Shown here piece after piece: positions 17,652-26,385 of a DNA stretch of 63,591 bases; position 1 is the stretch's first letter; each line of letters starts with the position of its first letter. The position numbers were made by a program, and so were the translations under genes. The notes beneath the pieces were generated by a model. That model worked only from the letters and a program-made list of their open reading frames with translations. It was not told the origin of the DNA and did no database searches. The DNA is taken from positions 1-63,591 of IMG/VR virus record IMGVR_UViG_3300044835_000051; one strand, written 5' to 3'. Origin of the DNA: a virus. Lineage: Duplodnaviria > Caudoviricetes.

Positions 17652-18533
17652 ATGGAGACTGTCGTTGCCACCCCGCCGAAGGCGGAGCCCACTCACGACG
17701 GCGACGCCGAGGCCACCCGCCCGACGTCACACCTGTTCCAGTGGTCCACCTTCGTGAACGTCGGCCCCGGCGCCGAGAAGTGCGAGCACGCACGCGACGG
17801 CGCGTGCGAGGACGCCGAGCACTTCCACTGCTGGCTGTGCCTCCCCAACGTCTTCCAGAACCGCGACATACGTGACAAGGCGCTGGCGGCAAAGGCGCGC
17901 AAGCGCCGCGCGCTCATGCTCGACGGCAGCGTCGCCGGGACCGAGCCCTCCGACGCCAGCCTGATCTTGGAGGAGCAGATCGACGCCTGGACCCTGACCG
18001 ACGAGACCTACGGCGTCCTCATCGAGCGCATCGCCCAGCGCAACGTCGAGCGCGGCTACTCCGACATCGTCGAGGAGCTGAACAAGACCGAGCGCTACGA
18101 GCACCGCGGGCAGGACCTGGAGGAATGGCGCCGGCAGTCGGCGCTCGCCGAGGAGCAGCGCACCGAGGAGTACGCGCGCCTGGAGAAGGACATGGAGGAC
18201 TACCGCGAGGAGTTCGAGGTGCTCTGCCTCGCCCGTCACGAGCGCGAGGTGACAGTGCTCCGCCACGAGCCCCGCGACGCGGTGCTGGAGATCGAGCGCC
18301 GCTTCCAGATCGACGGCCTCTCCTCCGAGTCCTTCACACACATCTACTACACCTGGGCCTACTACACCTGCGCGCGCGTTCCCGACGCGGACGACCCGTT
18401 CCCGACCAAGCGGGTGTTCGCCACCCCCGAGGCGCTGAAGGGCTCGCCCCCCGAGGTCATCGAGGCATTAGCAGATAACTTCCGTTCGCTCGAAACCAGG
18501 ACGAAGGGCCGTGGTGAAGCTGCGGGAAACTGA
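17652..18533 (+). CDS. Tail assembly chaperone (gpG-like)
   Basis: SD AGGAGG; ends in slippery G GGA AAC directly before TGA; precedes tape measure. Confidence 0.7.
   Translation: METVVATPPKAEPTHDGDAEATRPTSHLFQWSTFVNVGPGAEKCEHARDGACEDAEHFHCWLCLPNVFQNRDIRDKALAAKARKRRALMLDGSVAGTEPSDASLILEEQIDAWTLTDETYGVLIERIAQRNVERGYSDIVEELNKTERYEHRGQDLEEWRRQSALAEEQRTEEYARLEKDMEDYREEFEVLCLARHEREVTVLRHEPRDAVLEIERRFQIDGLSSESFTHIYYTWAYYTCARVPDADDPFPTKRVFATPEALKGSPPEVIEALADNFRSLETRTKGRGEAAGN
18524..18530 (+). other. -1 programmed ribosomal frameshift site GGGAAAC
   Basis: X XXY YYZ heptamer in the correct phase; -1 frame continues into ORF 18533-18868. Confidence 0.75.
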
Positions 18534-18868
18534 TGGTGGACGATGCGTGGCTCGGCCTCGTGCGCGTTGCGCAGGACGCCGGGGACGTGTCGTCCCTGCT
18601 TCCGCCCGGCCTGACGTCGCTGTACGACGCGCCCTACACGGTCATCGAGGCGATTCGCATGGCGATGTTCTACAACTCGTTCTCCGCGCTGCCGGAGAAC
18701 GAGCGTCCGCCGCGCTCGATCTGGGAGGACGGGGAGAAGATGGAGGCGTGGTGGCGCGAGGTGAAGTTCAACCGCAAGAACGGCACGAAGGACAACGCGA
18801 ACTACTCGGACATGGCGCGCAACGAGCTGCTCGACAAGATGTTCGCCGGCAGCAAGAGGCCGGGGTGA
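18533..18868 (+). CDS. Tail assembly chaperone, frameshift (gpT-like) part
   Basis: In -1 frame relative to upstream chaperone, immediately before tape measure. Confidence 0.7.
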   Translation: MVDDAWLGLVRVAQDAGDVSSLLPPGLTSLYDAPYTVIEAIRMAMFYNSFSALPENERPPRSIWEDGEKMEAWWREVKFNRKNGTKDNANYSDMARNELLDKMFAGSKRPG

Positions 18869-18872
18869 TGAC

Positions 18873-21800
18873 GTGGGCTTAGGCTACGGGTCCTCAGACG
18901 AGTACCTCCGATCGCTGGAGCAGCTCGGCGAGCTGTATGACGCCGAGAAGAAGGTCGAGGAGGAGGACGTTCGCCTGAAGGGCTCGACCGAGCGTACGAG
19001 CACGGCGATCTTGGACTACAGCGTCCAGGTCGGCCGCGCGGTCGAGCAGACGAACGCGCTGGCGCAATCGGTCGAGCGCGCGTCGGGCGTCATGCGGCTT
19101 GAGACCGATGCGGTGCTCGCCAACACGAAGGCGTGGGAGGCGAACGTCGCCGCGCAGCTCGCCGCGGCCGATGCAACGAGCAGGGTCGGGCATGGCACGG
19201 CGGTTGGGGGCGCCGAGCGCCTGGCCGTGTCGGGCGCGAGCGCGCCGATCGTCGAGCGGGCCAGAACGGTCGAGCGCCAGGCTTACAGCGCCGCTCCGGT
19301 TGCTCGGGAGGCTCCGCATAGCGCGTACCCGAACGAGGCTCCGGCGCGCTACGAGAGCGCCCTCCAGGGTCAGGCCGCCGCCGAGGCCAGGGCGAAGGCC
19401 GACGCTGCCGCCTACACGGCCTCGGTACGGCCGGGGAGCGGCAAGAGCACTGGGGAGCAGGCTGGGCTCCTCGGAGCCCGCGAGGCGTCCGCGCAGGCGG
19501 CCCAGGCGGCCAAGGTCGAGACGCAGGCCGCCCAGGCGAACCTCCAGGCGCAGAAGGCGGCGCTGGCCGCCGCCGAGAAGCAGGTTCAGGCCGAGGCCGA
19601 GCTGGCCGCCGCCCAGCAGCGCGATGCCGCGGCGATCAGCGCGGCGTCCACGCGCACCCAGGCACGGCGGGTGGGCGAGGCCGGCGCCGCGGTGGGCGCG
19701 ACGAGCGCCGCGCCCAGGCAGCTCGGGCCGGGACGCCCGACGACCCATCTCGGTCCCGCCACCGGCACGGTCGAGTCGGCCGGCACGACCGCCGCCCCGC
19801 AGGGCGCCGTCTTCGAGCGCGAGCAGCGCGCCGCGCAGCAGGCCGCGGTCGCCGAGCGTGAGGCCGCCGACGCGCTCGCCGTGTACCGCGCCGAGGCCCA
19901 GAGCGCCGGGGCAGCGGTCACCGAGCTGGCCGCCGCCCAGGGCAAGGCGAACCTCGCCTACAACCAGTCCGTCGCCGCCTACGCCGGCTCATCTTCGGTC
20001 CTGACGCGCAACGGTGCGCTGACGACCGAGTTCATTCAGGCATTCGCCCGCGGTGACGTGACACTCAAGGAGTTCTCTTCGCAGATGGTGTCGACCATCG
20101 GCAAGTTCGGCGGCTGGGTAGTCGCGGCGGCGGCGGTGTACGGCGTGTTCGATGCTGTCAAGAAGCTCGGCGAGGGCGCCGCCCAAACCCAGCAAGGCGT
20201 CCAGCAGCTTTCGCGTTTCATACCGGGAGCCACGACAGGGTCGACGCGCGGGCAACTGGAGGGCACCTTCCGCGACATCTCCCAGCAGATGAACGTCCCG
20301 ATCTCCGAGGTGACGTCGGCGATGGGCATTATGGCGCGCGTCTTCCACAACGTCGCCGACGCCGGGGAGGCCACTCGCGCCGTCCTGTTGGCATCGCGCC
20401 TTGACCAGATTCCCCAGGCGCAGTCCGAGCAGTACTTCACGGGCATCGCGCAGTCCGAGGGCTTTACGCACGGATCGCAGTTGGTCGATGTCGTCAATTC
20501 GCTGAACGCGCTTCAGAACGTCGCCGGGGCGAGAGTGTCACAGACCCTCCCCGCGCTGGCGCGGACGGCGCCGATCGCCGAGGCGTCCGGCATACCCCTG
20601 AACCAGCTCGAAGCGCTGATCGCCATCGGCGTGCGCGCGGGCGTTCCCGGCCTTCAGTTGGCGACCGCCATCACTCAGTCCGCGGCGACCTACGCCTACC
20701 GTCCCCAGTCGGTCGCCACCTTGCGCTCCTATGGCCTTGACCCGGTACGCGGGCAGTACGGCAACCTGATCGGGCAGGTCGAGCAGAAGATCACCAACCC
20801 CAAGCCGGGCAAGGAGCTTTCCTACACTGACGTCGGTGCCATCGCGACGGCGCTCGGCGGTCAGCGAGGCAACCGCTTCCTCCTGCCCCTGCTGGAGCAC
20901 TTGAACCAGTTGCCGAAGCTGGAGGGGGTGGCAGGCAAGCCCCCGTCGGCCCAGGCCGAGCTTGACAAGGTCCTCGGCGGCGTCGGGGAGAAGTTCAAGC
21001 ATCTCGGCATCGAGCTTGAGTACATCGGCTCGGAGCTTGAGTCTTCGGGCCTGTTGTCGCCGATCGAGACGCTGCTGTCGGCCTTCGGGCTACTCGCCCA
21101 GGTCGTCGAGGTGGCCGTCAAGCCGTTCTCCGCGGTGGCGGGTGTCCTCAACGAAGTCCCCGGTCCGGTGAAGGACATGATCGGCGCCTTCGCGCTGTTC
21201 AAGGGGGGCCAGGCACTCGCGGCATCGCGCTTCGGCCTGACCGCGGGTAACTTCATCGGCCGCCTCCCCGGCGTCGGCGACCTCGGGCTGGAGGGCCGCA
21301 ACGTCATCTCCGACACGGTGTCACGTTACCGCACCCGCTTCACGCCTGAGACCGAGCGGCGGCTGGAGAACGCGCAGGGCACGCTCGCGGACTCGCGGGG
21401 TAATGTCCGGGCGGCGTCCGCGGCGTCACTGGCCGCCGCGGGGAACGTCGAGACCGCCATCATCGGCGGCACGGGCGGCGCGAAGCTGGAGGCACTTCAG
21501 GAGGAGGCCGCCGCCGCCGAGGACGCGAGGGCGCAGGCGATCAGGAGGGCCGCAGCGGACGAAGTGAAGGTCACCGACCTGACGGCGCGTCTGGTGTCCG
21601 AGAAGGCGCTCATCGAGGTGCTGACGAGCAACCAGCTCTCCACCCAGGAGAAGCTGAACCTGATCTACTCCGAGCAGTATGCGGTAGCGGGGGAGACGCT
21701 CGACGCGCAGAAGGCGAGCCTGAAGGCGGAGGTTGACAGGCTGACGACGATCGGCGCCGCGCCCGAAGCGGCACTGGCACGCTCGGCGGGAGCGGCGGCG

Positions 21801-24800
21801 GTGACATCGGCGGCGCCCGTGGTGGCGGCGGAGCGGGAGACGACGACGGCGCTCCGCTCGGGCGGCGAGGGTGGCGTTATCTTGCCGGCCGGGCTCGGGG
21901 ACGCGAGCGGCCGGGTGGCATCGGACTTCCAGGCGGCGAGCCCCGCCGAGCAGCTTGCCGTCGCGGGCGCACTCGCCGAGGCCGAGCAGGGTGGCGTCGT
22001 GGGCAGCGCCCTCACCTCCCAGGCCCCCCCAGGGTTCTCGGAGCCCGGCGCCGCTACGGGCCGACTTCCGTTGTTCGCCCCTGGCGGGTTCAAGGAGACC
22101 GCCGTCAGCAGGGCGCAGGGCGCGCTGTGGGCAACTCCCGGCGGAGCGGGGGGCGGGTTCGCCGGTCCGCTCGGGCTCGCGTTCGGCGCGAGCGTCGCCG
22201 GGTCGGTCGCCCCCGGCTTGAGCCCGGTCACCAAAGCGGTCGAGTATGGCGCGGGCGCCGTCGCCGCCGGACGCTTCCTCGCCCCCAAGCTCACCGGCTT
22301 CGCCGCCGACGCGCTCAGCGGCTCCGAGGCCGCGGGAGGGGCGATAGCGGGCGCCGTCGAAGGTGGCGCGGGGGCCGCCGCGGGCGTGGCCGGCGCGGGC
22401 CTCGCCGCGCTCGGGACGGCCGGGCTCGCAGGGCTCGCGGGAGTGGGACTCGGCGCCACCACAGGCGGGGCGGGCGGCCTTGCCGAAGGTGTCGCGGGCG
22501 GCGCGCTGACCGGAGCCACCGTCGGCTCGATCTTCCCGGTCGTCGGCACCGCAGCCGGCGCGGTGATCGGCGGCGTCGTCGGAGGCGCATCGCACTTCAT
22601 CGGCAACCAGGTACTCGGTGTCGGCGACTCCCCCGGCCTCCAGGCGGCGAAGGAGAGGGCTAACGCCCTAACTTCAATTCAGGCGAAGATCAGCGGCATC
22701 GCTGCGAACCCCGGCGCGGTGAACGACTACCAGCAGGTGTTCGGCGAGCAGTTGACAAGCGCCTTCACTAACGTGGGGTCGCAGCAGGACCAGCAGACGG
22801 CGCAGGCTTCGGTCCAGGCCGCCGTGCGCAAGACCTCGCAGCTCCTCAAGGAGACGGGGGCGACGACCGAGCCGGGACAGACCGCCAACGCCCGGCTGTC
22901 GGACGCGGTGTCCGCTGCCGTGGGGTCGACGACCTTCGCCTCGGACCCCTATGACGTCGGCCAGATCGTCGACACGGCGACGACCGCGCAGAACGCGGCG
23001 ACCGACACGCAGTTCAAGTACCAGACGGCGACCGCCGCGAGCCCGGCCGGCAACGAGAAGGCACTCGCCGATCAGGTCGCCGCCGATCAGGCCAACTACC
23101 AGGCGGACTTCAACACTGCGATCGGCAGCGCAAAGGCGAGCATCGAGGACACCCAGAACGCGCTGAAGACGGCGACGAACCCTCAAAACATCGCCAAGCT
23201 GAAGTCCGACCTCGCGGGCTACCAGCAGACGCTCAGGCTCGCCTCCGGCGCCGCACAGCAGGCCAAGCAGGCGAGCACCGAGGCCGAGCAGGCCAACGCC
23301 GCCACCACCTATCAGGCGGTCTCCCAGTCGCTTACCAACACCTCCAGTCTCGCCATCGCGCAGGCCGGCGGCAACAAGGTCCTCGCCGACGCCGCCACCC
23401 TGGCCGGCGCGCGAGCCCAGCTCGCCAGCACCACCACCTCCCCAGCGTTCCAGGCACAGTCACCGGCCGACCAGCAGAAGCTGCTCGCGGCCGACCAGGC
23501 GGCAGTACTGAACGCTCAGGTGGCGCAAGCGCAGCAGGGCGCCACCGAACTTCAGTCCAAGGGCACGCTGGCCTCCAGCACCATACCGAGCTTCACGCCC
23601 GTACAGCAGGCCAGGCAGGCGCTCACCAACGCGACGAAGTACTACGACTATGTCAGGGCCAACGCCAACGCCTTCGACCCGGCCGACATCACGGCCGCGC
23701 TGGCCGCCAGGAACACCGCCTACCTGGCAGTGTCAGACGCCAACTACCAGTACAACACCTCACTGTTCTCCGCCCGCGAGCAGCTCACCGTCGCCCAACA
23801 CCCCAACGACGCGCTGGCGGCAGCGCAGGCGCAGGTCACACAAGGCCAGCAGGACCTCGGCGCCGCGCGCAGCACACCGGAGCGCCTCGCCGCGCAGACC
23901 CAGATACAGACGGGCCTGAACGCCGCCCACGACGCCCGCCTCTCCCGCGTCAAGGAGCAAGGAGACCTGGCGCAGGCACTCGACGCGGGAAATAGCGTCG
24001 CCATCGCCCAGTCGGCCCAGAATACGGCTAGGGCCGAACTTGCGGCAGCCCGTAACATCGGCGAGCAGCTCGTGGCCGAGAAGGACCTTGCGGCGGCGAA
24101 CACGCAATACCACCTGGCACTCGTGGCGCGAGCCGACGTCGGCTTCCAGACCTCCCAGATCGAAGCTACGGGCAACGCGCGCAGGCAGGCGTCCATCGCT
24201 GGACAGGCGGCGTCCTATGACGTGTCGCAGGCCAGGGGACCAGACGTTCGCGCCGCCGCCTTGGAGGCGCAGGCGCAGGCCGCTGTGCAGGCGCACCAGG
24301 CGGACCTACAGTACATCGCGGCGCAGGGTCAGTTGGGGCAGGCGCGGGCCGGCGGCAATCAGGTGGCGCAGGCGCAGATCGCCGTGCAGACGGCCGAGAA
24401 GACGTTGGCGGCGGCGCGCGGTGTCGACGAGCAGATCGCCGCCGAGACTCAACTCGCGACCGCCAACACGCAGCTTCGCCAGGCCGAGATCAGCCGCACG
24501 CAGGCGCTGGCTCAGCTCGGGGAGACGGGGGCGACGGGCAACGCCGTCGCGCAGGCGCAGATCGCTCTCGCCGCCGCTCATCATGACGCGGGCATCGCCA
24601 AGGGGCCGGACGAGAAGATCGCCGCCGCGCAGCAGGTCGCCGCCGCGCAGGTACAGCTTCACCAGGCCACCCTTCAGAGCATCGGCGCCTACGGGGGACT
24701 GGTGGAGGCGGTGGACCAGGGTGACCCTGTCGCCGCCGCGGCCGTGGCCATTCAGGTCGCCCAGGTGACACTGGCCAACTCCAAGGGCATCGACGAGCAG

Positions 24801-25439
24801 GTGGCGGCAGCGACGACGCTCGCGAACGCCCAGTACCAGTACCACCAGGCCCTTGAGGCCGCGATCGGAAACTATGGCGCCCTGGCGGCGTCCACTACAC
24901 GCGACCCGCTGCTTCAGCTTCAGGACCAGATCAGCGCGGCGAGGCGGCAGCTCGCGAGTGCGACCACGGGCGCCGAGGTCGTGCAGTACCAGACCTCGCT
25001 GAACGGCCTGCTGAACCAGTACGCGGACGCTTCACTGAGTCAGTCCGAGGCGACGGTGAACTTCCAGCTCCAGATGCGCCAGATCACCACGCAGCAGGCG
25101 ATCACGCAGTTGCAGGGCCTGCTAAGGCAGACGGGCAACGTGGCGGAGCAGCAGCAGCTTTTGGAGCAGATTCGCACCCTTCAGCTCGGGACCAGCGGCA
25201 CCGGGGGTTTTGACCTGGCGCCGGGTAACATCAAGCTCCCGACCGTGTACGATGCCTCACGTATCGCTGGCGCGCTGGGGGGGACGGGCACGATCGCACC
25301 GAATGTCGCCGATCACAGCCAAACTCAAATCAACGTGTACGTAGCTAACGGTGGCGATGTGCCGGCCGTGGCCGACGCTATCGACCGGGCGACGTCGAGC
25401 ACCCTGGCGGCCCAACTGCGAGCGGCGGGAGTGACATGA
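18873..25439 (+). CDS. Tape measure protein
   Basis: 2188 aa, Ala/Gln/Gly-rich, TP901-like core region, Gly-rich hydrophobic segment, C-terminal helical repeats. Confidence 0.9.
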   Translation: MGLGYGSSDEYLRSLEQLGELYDAEKKVEEEDVRLKGSTERTSTAILDYSVQVGRAVEQTNALAQSVERASGVMRLETDAVLANTKAWEANVAAQLAAADATSRVGHGTAVGGAERLAVSGASAPIVERARTVERQAYSAAPVAREAPHSAYPNEAPARYESALQGQAAAEARAKADAAAYTASVRPGSGKSTGEQAGLLGAREASAQAAQAAKVETQAAQANLQAQKAALAAAEKQVQAEAELAAAQQRDAAAISAASTRTQARRVGEAGAAVGATSAAPRQLGPGRPTTHLGPATGTVESAGTTAAPQGAVFEREQRAAQQAAVAEREAADALAVYRAEAQSAGAAVTELAAAQGKANLAYNQSVAAYAGSSSVLTRNGALTTEFIQAFARGDVTLKEFSSQMVSTIGKFGGWVVAAAAVYGVFDAVKKLGEGAAQTQQGVQQLSRFIPGATTGSTRGQLEGTFRDISQQMNVPISEVTSAMGIMARVFHNVADAGEATRAVLLASRLDQIPQAQSEQYFTGIAQSEGFTHGSQLVDVVNSLNALQNVAGARVSQTLPALARTAPIAEASGIPLNQLEALIAIGVRAGVPGLQLATAITQSAATYAYRPQSVATLRSYGLDPVRGQYGNLIGQVEQKITNPKPGKELSYTDVGAIATALGGQRGNRFLLPLLEHLNQLPKLEGVAGKPPSAQAELDKVLGGVGEKFKHLGIELEYIGSELESSGLLSPIETLLSAFGLLAQVVEVAVKPFSAVAGVLNEVPGPVKDMIGAFALFKGGQALAASRFGLTAGNFIGRLPGVGDLGLEGRNVISDTVSRYRTRFTPETERRLENAQGTLADSRGNVRAASAASLAAAGNVETAIIGGTGGAKLEALQEEAAAAEDARAQAIRRAAADEVKVTDLTARLVSEKALIEVLTSNQLSTQEKLNLIYSEQYAVAGETLDAQKASLKAEVDRLTTIGAAPEAALARSAGAAAVTSAAPVVAAERETTTALRSGGEGGVILPAGLGDASGRVASDFQAASPAEQLAVAGALAEAEQGGVVGSALTSQAPPGFSEPGAATGRLPLFAPGGFKETAVSRAQGALWATPGGAGGGFAGPLGLAFGASVAGSVAPGLSPVTKAVEYGAGAVAAGRFLAPKLTGFAADALSGSEAAGGAIAGAVEGGAGAAAGVAGAGLAALGTAGLAGLAGVGLGATTGGAGGLAEGVAGGALTGATVGSIFPVVGTAAGAVIGGVVGGASHFIGNQVLGVGDSPGLQAAKERANALTSIQAKISGIAANPGAVNDYQQVFGEQLTSAFTNVGSQQDQQTAQASVQAAVRKTSQLLKETGATTEPGQTANARLSDAVSAAVGSTTFASDPYDVGQIVDTATTAQNAATDTQFKYQTATAASPAGNEKALADQVAADQANYQADFNTAIGSAKASIEDTQNALKTATNPQNIAKLKSDLAGYQQTLRLASGAAQQAKQASTEAEQANAATTYQAVSQSLTNTSSLAIAQAGGNKVLADAATLAGARAQLASTTTSPAFQAQSPADQQKLLAADQAAVLNAQVAQAQQGATELQSKGTLASSTIPSFTPVQQARQALTNATKYYDYVRANANAFDPADITAALAARNTAYLAVSDANYQYNTSLFSAREQLTVAQHPNDALAAAQAQVTQGQQDLGAARSTPERLAAQTQIQTGLNAAHDARLSRVKEQGDLAQALDAGNSVAIAQSAQNTARAELAAARNIGEQLVAEKDLAAANTQYHLALVARADVGFQTSQIEATGNARRQASIAGQAASYDVSQARGPDVRAAALEAQAQAAVQAHQADLQYIAAQGQLGQARAGGNQVAQAQIAVQTAEKTLAAARGVDEQIAAETQLATANTQLRQAEISRTQALAQLGETGATGNAVAQAQIALAAAHHDAGIAKGPDEKIAAAQQVAAAQVQLHQATLQSIGAYGGLVEAVDQGDPVAAAAVAIQVAQVTLANSKGIDEQVAAATTLANAQYQYHQALEAAIGNYGALAASTTRDPLLQLQDQISAARRQLASATTGAEVVQYQTSLNGLLNQYADASLSQSEATVNFQLQMRQITTQQAITQLQGLLRQTGNVAEQQQLLEQIRTLQLGTSGTGGFDLAPGNIKLPTVYDASRIAGALGGTGTIAPNVADHSQTQINVYVANGGDVPAVADAIDRATSSTLAAQLRAAGVT

Positions 25440-25885
25440 TGCACCGAGTTTCGTTCTTCAACCCGGCTGATGCGTCGGAATACGTGTGGCCGGTCAACCC
25501 GGACTTCGCGGCGGCGAATCAGTATGCGCAGAAGCAGCGTCAGATCACGCGGACGTCGAACACGGGTAACGTGGGCGCCACCAAGCAACAGGGCGACGAT
25601 GGCGACTATGTCATTCACTGGGAGCCGCTGGTGTGGCATCTGGCGCACGAGGAGGCGCTGTTCGCGTGGTATCAGATTTGCAAGACGCAGAGCATTTACC
25701 TGACGGACATGGGCGGCGAGCAGTTCGAGGGGCAGATCACCACCTGCGGACGTAAGCAGATCGGCGCCCTGAAGGGACCGGGAGACATGATCGCGGCACG
25801 CGGGTACTACTGCCAGTTCGTATTTGAGTTCGACTGTTACCGCTTCATTTCGGGTCCGATGTATTCTGCGGGTGTGACGCCGTGA
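25436..25885 (+). CDS. Distal tail (Dit-like) protein (putative)
   Basis: First gene after tape measure, YVWPVNP motif, 149 aa. Confidence 0.55.
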   Translation: MMHRVSFFNPADASEYVWPVNPDFAAANQYAQKQRQITRTSNTGNVGATKQQGDDGDYVIHWEPLVWHLAHEEALFAWYQICKTQSIYLTDMGGEQFEGQITTCGRKQIGALKGPGDMIAARGYYCQFVFEFDCYRFISGPMYSAGVTP

Positions 25886-26385
25886 GCTGTACGACGATGG
25901 AGCGGCGTGTATTCGCGTGTCAGTGTGGGCGCCGCATGGAATACGAATGCAATGCCGGCGGTCGGTCGCGCGAGTTGTGTGACGAATGTAGACGTGAGGC
26001 GAATCGCATCTCGGCTCGGGCGTCCGCAGCGCGACGGACGCCCGAGGAGCAGCGCAAGACAAATGCCGACTGGACGGCCCGCAACCTGGAGCTTCGCCGT
26101 CGCATCGCTCGCGAGTGGGCCAAGCGCAATCGCGATAGCGTGACGGCTAACACGCAGGCATACCGGGCTCGGAAGGCCGGCCTGTTTAGGCATCACGTGG
26201 ACCGTGGCGTGCTCTACGAAATCGACCGAGGGCTATGCGGCATCTGCGGCGAGCCCGTAGAACGCGACTCCAGTTGGCACGTAGACCATATCGTCCCGCT
26301 CTCGAAGGGCGGCGAGCATAGTTACCTGAATTGTCAAGTCTCGCATGGGCCATGCAATCAGCGCAAGAACGCGAAGCTCCCATGA
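25882..26385 (+). CDS. HNH endonuclease
   Basis: CGICGEPV..WHVDHIVPLSKGGEHSYLNCQVSHGPCNQRK. Confidence 0.9.
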   Translation: MSCTTMERRVFACQCGRRMEYECNAGGRSRELCDECRREANRISARASAARRTPEEQRKTNADWTARNLELRRRIAREWAKRNRDSVTANTQAYRARKAGLFRHHVDRGVLYEIDRGLCGICGEPVERDSSWHVDHIVPLSKGGEHSYLNCQVSHGPCNQRKNAKLP

